A stretch of DNA of 64,000 nt from Bdellovibrionales bacterium (lineage in GTDB: Bacteria; Bdellovibrionota; Bdellovibrionia; Bdellovibrionales; JAGQZY01), in assembly GCA_964230645.1 (NCBI GenBank), contig CAXRHT010000003.1:160001-224000 (forward strand), written 5' to 3'. A program made the position numbers and the translations under genes. Below are positions 37,759-46,557 of the stretch, in pieces. The stretch's first letter is position 1, and every line of letters starts with the position of its first letter. The notes under the pieces are model-generated. The model made no database searches and was not told the DNA's origin. It worked only from the letters and a program-made list of their open reading frames with translations.

Positions 37759-39422
37759 GACCCAAAGATACGAGAAAAGTCATTAAAGAGCGCAAAAGCC
37801 ATAAGAAAAAGAATTATCAAGAAGCCAACCTGCTGAGCCATTTCTATTTTCTTAAGACTTAAAGGGGCCCCTTTAATAGCTTCAAGAGTGAAAATAAGGA
37901 GGTGGCCTCCATCGAGGATCGGAATGGGAAACAAATTAATGATAAACAAATTAATAGAAATAATGGCCATCATTTTTAAAAATGCGTTAAGTCCAATACT
38001 CCAACTCTTCTGGGCCACCTGTCCTATGGAAATGATTCCAGAAATATTCTTTGAAGAAACACGGTTTTGAACGATTCGTACAAAGCTCATGATCGTGACA
38101 TTGGTCCAACGCAGTGTTTGCTCCCATGACCGAGTTAGAGCTTCACCTAAGCTATCTGACTTCCATTGGAAACTTTTAGGAGCCATAAAAAGAGTGGGGA
38201 TCACACCAATAGTGAAACGGTTCTCAGTTTCTCCGTACCGACCTTCCAACTCGTTCATTTTAGGAACCATTTGAAAAGTTTCGGCCTTATTGTCTCGGAT
38301 CACTTTAATATCTAAGGGTCCTTGCCCTTGCTCGTAGGAGCTAACGTTGGCAACGATATCATCAAATGAGATTATCTTTTCACCATTTATGCTCACAATT
38401 CTATCAAGCCTTTTAAGGCCCGCTTTATCGGCGGGGCTATCTTCCTGAACCTCTGCAATGACAGTTTCAGGCACGAACATATCGAGCTTGTGGTCAGTGA
38501 AGTTTTTAGCCTCTAGTTTGAAACTATGTTCATTAAACTTTTTATTCTCCCTGAAATCAGGGAAACGGTGAATTTTCAAAGAGACCTCAGGAGCACCATT
38601 GTAGAGAGCCTCCATAATCATCGGTTCAATGTCTTTGTACCATTCCACCGACTCGCCATTGACTTCAACAATGCGGTCTCCTGTGCGTAAACCAGCCTGG
38701 AAGAGGTCTCCGCCATAGTCGATGCCTACAATTGGAAAGTGTAGGTTACTGTGGAGACCTTTTATTTTTCCAATTTTATCGGCCGTGGAAAAAAGATTAT
38801 CGTTTTCACTTTTAACAGCCTTCGTAGCAAGGGTGATTTCTTTTTCATCACGAATCATCGCAAAACTTAGGGTTTCTCCCCCTGAGTTTTCGATAACTTC
38901 TTTTACCTCATCCCAGGTATTAACCTTCACTCCGTCAATTTTATTGATGTGATCAAAGGGGCGAAAGCCCTCGGAGTAGGCCCGGGAGTTTTCAGCAATT
39001 TCACCCACCTCGGGAGCTAGCGCTTTATCGCCAATGAAAGCGATCATGACAAAAAGAACGGCCGCAAAAAATAAGTTCATCAGTGGCCCGGCCAGAGTAA
39101 TAACAATTCGCTGCCCGACTGGTTTATGAAGATAGGACTGCTTCTTTTGCTCTTCGGGAATGTCCTTACCGGGTTCATCCCCATACATTTTGACATAACC
39201 ACCAAGTGGCAGAGCCGAAACACAGTACACGGTTTCTTTATGTAAAAATTTGATGATTTTTGGTCCGAATCCAAGACTAAAAGTTTCGACCCGAACCCCA
39301 TAAAATTTAGCCGCAAGAAAATGTCCCAGTTCATGAACAAAAACCAAAAGTCCAAGAAGGACAATCATGGGAATAATGTAGGCTAATCCTTGATTTAGTA
39401 TTCCAGAAAGAGCTTCAAACAT
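37755..39422 (-). CDS. rseP: RIP metalloprotease RseP with three PDZ domains
   Basis: HELGH, AGPLMN, NLFPIPILDGG and three PDZ-like repeats. Confidence 0.93.
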   Translation of the reverse strand: MFEALSGILNQGLAYIIPMIVLLGLLVFVHELGHFLAAKFYGVRVETFSLGFGPKIIKFLHKETVYCVSALPLGGYVKMYGDEPGKDIPEEQKKQSYLHKPVGQRIVITLAGPLMNLFFAAVLFVMIAFIGDKALAPEVGEIAENSRAYSEGFRPFDHINKIDGVKVNTWDEVKEVIENSGGETLSFAMIRDEKEITLATKAVKSENDNLFSTADKIGKIKGLHSNLHFPIVGIDYGGDLFQAGLRTGDRIVEVNGESVEWYKDIEPMIMEALYNGAPEVSLKIHRFPDFRENKKFNEHSFKLEAKNFTDHKLDMFVPETVIAEVQEDSPADKAGLKRLDRIVSINGEKIISFDDIVANVSSYEQGQGPLDIKVIRDNKAETFQMVPKMNELEGRYGETENRFTIGVIPTLFMAPKSFQWKSDSLGEALTRSWEQTLRWTNVTIMSFVRIVQNRVSSKNISGIISIGQVAQKSWSIGLNAFLKMMAIISINLFIINLFPIPILDGGHLLIFTLEAIKGAPLSLKKIEMAQQVGFLIILFLMAFALFNDFSRIFGS

Positions 39423-39515
39423 CGTTAAATATTAACACAGAATAATTGGACTGACTCGCATAATCGCACACTGTACCAAAGTCTGAAGGAGAAAGAGAAT
39501 TTGTTTTAGAGGCTT

Positions 39516-40301
39516 TTAGATGTAGGCTTGCATCCAGATATAGACCACTGGCGCGGCAAACAATAAACCGTCTATGCGGTCTAAAACTCCGCCGTGCCCC
39601 GGGAGAAGTTTGCCAGAATCTTTTACTCCAGAATATCTTTTAATTGTGGACTCAAAAAGGTCTCCCACTTGGCTAAATAGTGAGGCGGCCAGACAGGTTA
39701 AAGCGATTATCCAACTGGGGCTTGAATGGTTGAGGCTTGAAAGATACCAGTAACCAATGAGGCTACCGACAACGAGGCCGACACCGGCCCCTTCCACAGT
39801 CTTTTTCGGAGAAATTTTAGGGGCGAGGGGGTGTTTGCCAAAAGCTCTTCCACCTAGGTAAGCGAAAGTGTCTGTGCAGAAACTCAATATTAAAAGGGCC
39901 ACAAAATAGGAGCCACCGTAATTAAGCACTGCTACGGTGACGGTTCCAGTAAAGGCCCCAGCGTACAACAAACCCACAGTCCAGCTCGTCAACTTTGCCA
40001 CACGTATTGGGATCGACTCGTGATTACAAAGTATAAAATAGGCCACCAGTAAAATGAAAAAGCTCATAAATGTGAGAAAAGACTGGGAATAAAAAGTGAA
40101 CATGAGGAAGAAGGAGTAGGAAAGAATAACAAAGAGGCTTTTTACCATCCGACTGTGCTTCTCGACCATAAAAGAGAATTCACAGCAAGCAATAAAGGTA
40201 ATAATACAACAGACGTAGACTAGCCCCTTATTGGCAAAAAAATACCAAGTGGCAATTAATGTGGAAACTCCAATGAGAGCGGAAAGTGCTCGAATAAACA
40301 T
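39516..40301 (-). CDS. cdsA: Phosphatidate cytidylyltransferase
   Basis: SPKKTVEG, GDLFES and KDSG...PGHGGVLDRID. Confidence 0.95.
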   Translation of the reverse strand: MFIRALSALIGVSTLIATWYFFANKGLVYVCCIITFIACCEFSFMVEKHSRMVKSLFVILSYSFFLMFTFYSQSFLTFMSFFILLVAYFILCNHESIPIRVAKLTSWTVGLLYAGAFTGTVTVAVLNYGGSYFVALLILSFCTDTFAYLGGRAFGKHPLAPKISPKKTVEGAGVGLVVGSLIGYWYLSSLNHSSPSWIIALTCLAASLFSQVGDLFESTIKRYSGVKDSGKLLPGHGGVLDRIDGLLFAAPVVYIWMQAYI

Positions 40302-40342
40302 GATCTTCCCCCAAGGTGATCATCAAATTCAAAAAACGATGC

Positions 40343-41092
40343 TTAAGAGAGTTGAGAGTTTGCGGGCTCAGCCGCTTGAGAGGTTGTCTTTCCGAAGCGT
40401 CGTTCTCTGTTTCTGTAGGAAGCTAATGCCATCTCCAGATCTTGTGTTTTAAAGTCAGGCCATAATACATTACTAAAATAAAGTTCTGTATAAACACTTT
40501 GCCATGGTAAAAAATTGGACAATCGCCACTCACCACTGGTGCGAATCATTAGGTCGGGATCAGGAAGGGGAGCTGTCTGTAACATGCCACTTATAAGCTC
40601 TTCATTAATGTCATGAAGACCAATTTTTCCATCTTTAGCCAGTGAAGCAATATTTTTGACTGCTTGAGTGATTTCCTGACGGCCACCGTAGCTGAGCGCA
40701 AATGTCAAAACGAGACCTGAATTTTCGGCGGTGGCCTGCATGGTGGTTTCAACCTGTTTGCGAATGTCGTTAGGAATTTTATCGAGCTGACCAATACAAC
40801 GAAATCGAATATTGTTTTTGATCATTCGCTTCCGCTCTCGCACGATGTAACGAGAGAGCAGTCTCATTAAAAAATTGACCTCTTCTTGAGGTCTGCCCCA
40901 GTTCTCTTCACTGAAAGCATACAAAGTGAGAGCTTTGGTTTTTATTTGAACACAATGCTCAACCATTTTTTTTGCAACTCGAGCTCCCTTAATATGCCCA
41001 AAAACACGGTCCCGGCGGCGAGCTTTTGCCCAACGGCCGTTACCGTCCATAATAATGGCAATATGTTGAGGGTTCCTGTTGCTATCAATCAT
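40343..41092 (-). CDS. uppS: Undecaprenyl diphosphate synthase
   Basis: HIAIIMDGNGRWA, FSEENW, YGGR and RTSGE. Confidence 0.96.
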   Translation of the reverse strand: MIDSNRNPQHIAIIMDGNGRWAKARRRDRVFGHIKGARVAKKMVEHCVQIKTKALTLYAFSEENWGRPQEEVNFLMRLLSRYIVRERKRMIKNNIRFRCIGQLDKIPNDIRKQVETTMQATAENSGLVLTFALSYGGRQEITQAVKNIASLAKDGKIGLHDINEELISGMLQTAPLPDPDLMIRTSGEWRLSNFLPWQSVYTELYFSNVLWPDFKTQDLEMALASYRNRERRFGKTTSQAAEPANSQLS

Positions 41093-41649
41093 AGTTTCAT
41101 TATGTCTTTTTCTTTTTCCTCAGCCACTTTATCTAAATCAGCCGTGTATTTGTCTGTGAGTTTCTGAATGGCATCCTGATGAGATTTACTTTCGTCCTCA
41201 CTGATTTCTTTGTCTTTCAATGCTTGTTTAAGCTCATCATTGGCATCTTTTCGAGCCATGCGAACGGCGACTTTAGCATCCTCCACCATTTGTTTGGTCT
41301 TCTTAACAAGCTCTTTACGTCTTTCCTCAGTCAATTCAGGAAGCTTGAGTCGAATGACTTTACCATCATTGATGGGCGCCATGCCGATGTCACTTTTTAC
41401 GATAGATGATTCAATAGATTTGAGAACAGAAGTTTCCCAAGGTGTAATTAAAAAACTTCGCGCATCCGGAGTTGAAACAGAAGCCACCTGATTGAGTGGG
41501 GTCATATTTCCATAATACTCCACTTTCACTCCATCGAGCATAGAGACTTGTGCACGTCCTGTTCTCACTTTTTTAAAGTCTTCCGTTAGTGAAGAGACGG
41601 CATCTTTCATTTTTTGTTCGGTTTCTTTTTGTAGAGTTGAAAATTCCAC
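41089..41649 (-). CDS. frr: Ribosome recycling factor
   Basis: RTGRA and PELTEERRKEL. GTG start with GGGAG SD. Confidence 0.96.
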   Translation of the reverse strand: MEFSTLQKETEQKMKDAVSSLTEDFKKVRTGRAQVSMLDGVKVEYYGNMTPLNQVASVSTPDARSFLITPWETSVLKSIESSIVKSDIGMAPINDGKVIRLKLPELTEERRKELVKKTKQMVEDAKVAVRMARKDANDELKQALKDKEISEDESKSHQDAIQKLTDKYTADLDKVAEEKEKDIMKL

Positions 41650-41663
41650 GGAATCTCCCTTTC

Positions 41664-42380
41664 TTAAGAATGAATAATAGAGCCCACGGGGTCTCCCTTG
41701 AGCACACTTAAAATATTACCTTTTTGCATGAGTTTAAATATTGAAATAGGCATTTTGTTGTCCATGCATAAACTAATTGCCGTTGAATCGATAACCTTCA
41801 AACCTTGGCTAAGAGCCTCATGGTGACTGATGGCTTCCACCTTTACAGCATCATCAAACTTTCTGGGGTCTTTGTCATAGATTCCATCAACATTTGTTGC
41901 CTTAAGTATGATCTCGGCGTTGATTTCCATCCCTCTCAAGGCAGCGGCCGTATCGGTCGTAAAGTAAGGGTTTCCAGTACCGGCGGCAAAAATCACGATA
42001 CGCCCCTTTTCCAAGTGGCGTACGGATTTACGACGAATATAGGGCTCTGCAATCTGGGCCATCTCAATGGCTGACTGAACTCTTGTTTGGACATCCAGTG
42101 TTTCTAAGGCATCTTGCAGCGCCAAAGCATTAATACAAGTTGCAAGCATACCCATATAGTCACTACTGGCACGGTCCATACCTTTTGCAGCAGCAGCCAC
42201 TCCGCGAAAAATATTTCCGCCACCAATGACCACACCCAACTGGATGTTTTGCTCAGTCACAGATTTGATTTCCTGTGCCACTTGTTTGATGACATCGGTA
42301 TTAATTCCGTAGCCCTCTTCACCAGCTAAGGCTTCTCCACTGATTTTTAAAAGGGCTCTTTTATACTTGGGTAAGCTCAC
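41664..42380 (-). CDS. pyrH: UMP kinase
   Basis: [17 protein letters not shown] and [10 protein letters not shown]. Confidence 0.97.
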   Translation of the reverse strand: MSLPKYKRALLKISGEALAGEEGYGINTDVIKQVAQEIKSVTEQNIQLGVVIGGGNIFRGVAAAAKGMDRASSDYMGMLATCINALALQDALETLDVQTRVQSAIEMAQIAEPYIRRKSVRHLEKGRIVIFAAGTGNPYFTTDTAAALRGMEINAEIILKATNVDGIYDKDPRKFDDAVKVEAISHHEALSQGLKVIDSTAISLCMDNKMPISIFKLMQKGNILSVLKGDPVGSIIHS

Positions 42381-42399
42381 AATTGATATCCTCTAAATT

Positions 42400-43050
42400 C
42401 TATTCTTTAATGGCTGCAGCGACTTCGTCGGCAAAATTGTCGGCTTTCTTTTCGATTCCTTCACCAAGTTCAAAGCGAACAAAGCGTCGAATCACAAGAT
42501 TCTCGCCAATTCTGGCTACAGTATTTTGCAAGTGATCGGCCACAGTAATATCTGGGTTTTTCACATACTTTTGCTCCATCAAGCAATTTTCTGCTAACCA
42601 TTTGTTGATCTGACCACCAACAATTTTGTCGATCATTTCTTCTTTTTTGCCTTCTTCTTTGTTTTTGGCAGTAAGAACTTGTTTTTCTTTATCGATTTCG
42701 GCCTGTGGAATTTCTTCTTTGGAAACAGCTAGAGGAGCTGTTGCAGCGATATGCATGGCGATGTCGGTTGTGAATTGCTTGAATTCATCGTTTCTAGCCA
42801 CAAAGTCTGTTTCAGAGTTAATTTCAACAAGAACACCAATTTTTCCACCGGCGTGAATGTAAGATGTGACGAGTCCTTCAGCGGCCGTTCTTCCCGATTT
42901 TTTAGCGGCTTTACTGAGGCCCTTTTTTCTTAGCCAATCAGAGGCTTTTTCAAAGTCACCCTCGTTTTCTTGAAGCGCTTTTTTGCAATCGAGCATTCCG
43001 GCACTGGTTCTTTCTCTTAATTCTTTCACCATTTGAGCTGTGATAGCCAT
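42400..43050 (-). CDS. tsf: Elongation factor Ts (short ~216-aa form)
   Basis: VKELRERT, AAEG, NSETDFVA and RFELGEG. Confidence 0.96.
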   Translation of the reverse strand: MAITAQMVKELRERTSAGMLDCKKALQENEGDFEKASDWLRKKGLSKAAKKSGRTAAEGLVTSYIHAGGKIGVLVEINSETDFVARNDEFKQFTTDIAMHIAATAPLAVSKEEIPQAEIDKEKQVLTAKNKEEGKKEEMIDKIVGGQINKWLAENCLMEQKYVKNPDITVADHLQNTVARIGENLVIRRFVRFELGEGIEKKADNFADEVAAAIKE

Positions 43051-43084
43051 GTTCAAATCTCCTTTAAATTAATTGCAATAAACA

Positions 43085-43108
43085 AGGCCCGCCAAAGATG
43101 GCGGGCTT
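43085..43108 (-). terminator. Hairpin/attenuator between rpsB and tsf
   Basis: GCCCGCCA-TCTT-TGGCGGGC followed by CTTGTTTATT on the minus strand. Confidence 0.6.
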
Positions 43109-43124
43109 AGATAAACAGGGAAAA

Positions 43125-44126
43125 CTAGTCTTTTTTACTTTTGTCTTCGTCTGTATTTTCAGGGGTGATAATTTCTTCGCCCTTTTTATTCTTTTCAGAA
43201 TCTGGGTCCGTATCAGCAACAACCACTTTTTCTGGTCCCTCTTCATCACTGGCAGAGGCTTCCACTTCGGACATAATTTCAATCTCGTCAGCAGTACCAG
43301 CGGCAACAAGCTTACGCCCTTTGCTCGCTTTAACCACAGCCGGCCCACCTTGTTGTTGCTGTTGAGGAGAAGCTTCTTTCTTCTCTTTTTCTTTCTGTTC
43401 AGCTTCAACATCGGACTGCTTGTCTGATTGGGTACGAAGTTTTTGCTCCCATTTTTTAGAACCAGCAAGATAGGCGTCGGCCACAAGGTTACAAAAAAGT
43501 TTGATGGAGCGAATAGCATCATCATTTCCAGGGATTGGATATTCGATCTCTTCAGGATCTGAATTTGTATCGCAAATTCCGAAGACGTTCATACCCAAGT
43601 TTTTGGCTTCTTTCACAGCAATGTGCTCTTTGGTCACATCGACAATAAAAATCATCCCAGGGGGTTCTTTCATGTCGCGAATTCCCTCGAGATATTCATT
43701 CAATTTTGTGTATTCTTTTTCGATTTGAGAGCGCTCTTTTTTGGAAAAGAAATCAAGCTCACCTTTATCACGCATTTGATCAATCTTTTTAAGACGATCA
43801 ATGGATTGTTTAATGGTGACAAAGTTGGTGAGAGTTCCACCGAGCCATCTTTTAGTGACGTAGTACTGGTCACATTTTTTAGCAGCCTCTTGAATGGCTT
43901 CAACAGCTTGCTTTTTTGTACCCACGAAAATGATTTTTTTACCTTCAGCGGCTTGGTCTTCTACAGCCTTAAGAGCTGTTTTAGTCATTTCCAATGTTTT
44001 TTGTAGATCGATAATGTGAATTCCTCCACGATCTCCAAAAACATAGGGTTTCATTTTAGGGTTCCATCTTTGTGTCTGATGGCCGAAGTGAACGCCCGAA
44101 TCGAGCATATCTTTAAGGGTAACCAT
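43125..44126 (-). CDS. rpsB: 30S ribosomal protein S2 with a long acidic C-terminal extension
   Basis: GVHFGH, WNPKM, RWLGGTLTN and PGNDDAIRS. Confidence 0.97.
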   Translation of the reverse strand: MVTLKDMLDSGVHFGHQTQRWNPKMKPYVFGDRGGIHIIDLQKTLEMTKTALKAVEDQAAEGKKIIFVGTKKQAVEAIQEAAKKCDQYYVTKRWLGGTLTNFVTIKQSIDRLKKIDQMRDKGELDFFSKKERSQIEKEYTKLNEYLEGIRDMKEPPGMIFIVDVTKEHIAVKEAKNLGMNVFGICDTNSDPEEIEYPIPGNDDAIRSIKLFCNLVADAYLAGSKKWEQKLRTQSDKQSDVEAEQKEKEKKEASPQQQQQGGPAVVKASKGRKLVAAGTADEIEIMSEVEASASDEEGPEKVVVADTDPDSEKNKKGEEIITPENTDEDKSKKD

Positions 44127-44215
44127 ATTTATCCTCCTATCTGGTTAGTCCTCCCTTCCAGCCTTGATTCCCTACAAAAGGAACACCAGTTGAGTTCTGG
44201 AAGGTGCGAATTAAA
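44127..44215 (-). ncRNA. rpsB leader (t44/S2 autoregulatory RNA)
   Basis: Minus strand: CGCAC-CTTCCAG...GGTG-TTCC..GGAA...CTGGAAG-GGAGGACTAACC, then SD AGGAGG. This matches the t44 layout (CAC stem, GGUG bulge, GGAGG..AACC). Confidence 0.75.
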
Positions 44216-44382
44216 CTGATTGTTCAGTTAGACCGAGGGTTTAGCATGGTGAGGGCAGTGTGTCGACCCAAAAAGTGAGTTCAGAGAAGTTAAGTAAGGC
44301 TGGGGATAACTTGTTTCTATAAAAGAGAGACTAACTCTCAGAAAAGTTAGTCATTCTAGATCCTTGTAAGGGCCTCAAGCCC

Positions 44383-45477
44383 CTAGAGGCTCGGACTTTC
44401 CTCAGCTTGAGAATTATTCACTGGGTTTTCCACAAGCTCAGCGGCCGCTTTTAGACCACTTTGCACTTCTGAGACCCAACCAGGACGTCCCTCAAAAAGA
44501 GGAGAGAAGGCGTAGAGGTTTGTGGTTTGGGGTAAAAGTCCCCCTTCAAAGCTGAACTTCTCCATATCTGAGTACACGCGGTGATGAACCAAGATATGTT
44601 CATTGTCTTTAGGGTCTTCGGGGAAGCCAAAGGCACGCTTAAACTGCTTTTTTATCTCTTTCACCAAAGAGCCTGTGGTTTCATCGTCGGCGGTGAGTTC
44701 GGCAGGGAAAAAGGCCTCCCATCTTGAAATTAGGTGTCCCTCTATTCGAGAGAACATACCGAGGCAGGGTTGCAGTTTTGAGCCCATAAGAAGGTAAAGT
44801 TGATCAGCCTCCCACTGCTCTGGTTCCACTTCGTGATGAATGACCATATTCACAGAAGAGTACCATTTGCATTTGCCAAATTGACTGGCCACCTTTTTCA
44901 TATGGTTTCCTAGCTTGTCGAAGAGGAAATCGAAATGATCGAAGAAATAAAAGTTCTCTCCTCTGAGCTGAGTTTTAGCATTGAGAGTAACAGTATCGAC
45001 CTGATTGTTTTCAAGCTGGATGTCGGTAATCTGCTGGTCTAAAAAAATAGGATCCTCTTCCCAGTTAATAATCTTTTCCCACTGGTTTTCCACTTGCAAT
45101 TGAGGAATATGTGACTCGGTAGAAAGAAAGGGTGTCACCGCTTCTTGTGATTCAATCTTTAAATCTCCAAATCCGAGAAAGCTCTTAAAATTTCCTTTAT
45201 CGAAAGTCAGTGGTGGACCATCCACCTTTTTAATTTCTCCCCAGATGGGAGTGTCTGTTTCCTCGACTTCAAAACTTGCATTGAATGGAACGCGAGTGGA
45301 GACCCTTGTTTCAAGGCTAGGAATCATTTTGATGGGGCTACTACCAAAGTGTTTGGAGTCAACGATACAGTAGCTTTCGTTTTTATTTTTTAAATAATGG
45401 GCGAAAGTGGCTGATGATAAATTGAAGCCGATGAGGACATGGTCGTATTTCTTTTGGAGCTTGGGAAAATTCTGCAT
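44383..45477 (-). CDS. Hypothetical protein with a degenerate FAD/NAD Rossmann-like N-terminus
   Basis: YDHVLIGFNLSSATFAHYL...CIVD resembles a beta-alpha-beta dinucleotide fold but lacks GxGxxG. Confidence 0.6.
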   Translation of the reverse strand: MQNFPKLQKKYDHVLIGFNLSSATFAHYLKNKNESYCIVDSKHFGSSPIKMIPSLETRVSTRVPFNASFEVEETDTPIWGEIKKVDGPPLTFDKGNFKSFLGFGDLKIESQEAVTPFLSTESHIPQLQVENQWEKIINWEEDPIFLDQQITDIQLENNQVDTVTLNAKTQLRGENFYFFDHFDFLFDKLGNHMKKVASQFGKCKWYSSVNMVIHHEVEPEQWEADQLYLLMGSKLQPCLGMFSRIEGHLISRWEAFFPAELTADDETTGSLVKEIKKQFKRAFGFPEDPKDNEHILVHHRVYSDMEKFSFEGGLLPQTTNLYAFSPLFEGRPGWVSEVQSGLKAAAELVENPVNNSQAEESPSL

Positions 45478-45488
45478 GAGTATAAAAT

Positions 45489-46379
45489 TTAAGAATCTCG
45501 CTTTGCTGGCAAGGGAAAAATGGCTTTTACCATTCTTGCGACCCCCTGCAACACAACACGGGCAACAGGTTTGAGCTGAGGAAACTGATAAAGGAGCGCC
45601 ACTAAAACCCCAGAGTTCTTATAGTAAAAAGCAACGAAGTTTCTACCATGAGGGGAGCTTTTTAAAATTTGGTCTCGAAAGAGGCATAAGGTGCGAACCG
45701 TCGGGTCTGTGCGAGTTTCAAAGGCTGCGTTGGCAACAAAACAGCGTGAGGCTTGAGCATCACAGAGTTTTAAAAGGTGCTTGTAGGCTTGAGTATTACG
45801 ACCTTTACGATACTCTTTTTCCGCTTTTCTAATGATTGTGTTGTACACGGGGGAGAAGCGTAAGAATTTGGAAAGAAGTTCGGCTGTTTGCATCTGCTTC
45901 TGGGCAAATTTCTGATGAGAATCATAGATAAGCATAAGGTCCCATAACACTGAGCAGATGATAGTAATTTCTTTTGGATGGCTGTTGAAGTCTTGTGGTT
46001 TGAGATCTTCGTTTTTTCTGTCGCCTTCACTGGAGACAAGCTTTAAGATTTTAAGATATTTCTCATAACAGACAGCCGCTTCACCATAGTTACCATTTTG
46101 TAAAAGCAATCTTCCTTGCCGAACGAGCTGAGTCCGACTTTTCCAGAGAGCCCCTTTGTGTTTAAGCTGTGCCTCCTCTTTGGCTTGGAGTTGCGCTCCT
46201 TGTGAGGCGGCCTTTTTTAGCTCTTTTAGGCATTTGGCACACACATTATTAGGGACTTCAGCCATGCCACTTTTAGCAAGAGACAATTTTAGACCAGAAT
46301 CGACATTCATCAAATTCGGATCATTAGCTCCACAATTTTGACAAGTCGTTAAACTCTCTTCAGTAACCTCTTCACTCAT
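45489..46379 (-). CDS. Zn-finger + TPR + CFI-box-CTERM domain protein
   Basis: CQNC...CAKC, a TPR helix pair, and C-terminal CFVANAAF...LCLFRDQIL...GRNFVAFYYKNS. Confidence 0.75.
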   Translation of the reverse strand: MSEEVTEESLTTCQNCGANDPNLMNVDSGLKLSLAKSGMAEVPNNVCAKCLKELKKAASQGAQLQAKEEAQLKHKGALWKSRTQLVRQGRLLLQNGNYGEAAVCYEKYLKILKLVSSEGDRKNEDLKPQDFNSHPKEITIICSVLWDLMLIYDSHQKFAQKQMQTAELLSKFLRFSPVYNTIIRKAEKEYRKGRNTQAYKHLLKLCDAQASRCFVANAAFETRTDPTVRTLCLFRDQILKSSPHGRNFVAFYYKNSGVLVALLYQFPQLKPVARVVLQGVARMVKAIFPLPAKRDS

Positions 46380-46557
46380 GTTTATTATGTTAAGGGTAGC
46401 AGCGGGGATTGTTAAACAAAAATTTAAACGAATGGCATTTCTCCCTCTTCATTAGGGGGCTTGAGTTGATATTGGTAGTGTTACTGTTTAGTCAAATAGG
46501 ATTACTTCTGCGTACGATCATGTTTTTTTACCCTTGCACTCGATCGGAAGCTTTTGA

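Noticed and set aside
42400..43050. Short EF-Ts as a truncated pseudogene
   Set aside because: The ~200-aa dimeric EF-Ts form is well known, and all motifs and the C-terminus are intact.
43064..43525. 153-aa alternative-frame ORF overlapping the rpsB tail (possible frameshift product)
   Set aside because: It has no SD or recognisable domain, and low-complexity purine-rich sequence is expected to lack stops.
46368..46395. dif-like TTATGTTAA arm
   Set aside because: There is no XerC arm ending in ATAA at the right spacing; it is better explained as promoter sequence of the 46379 gene.
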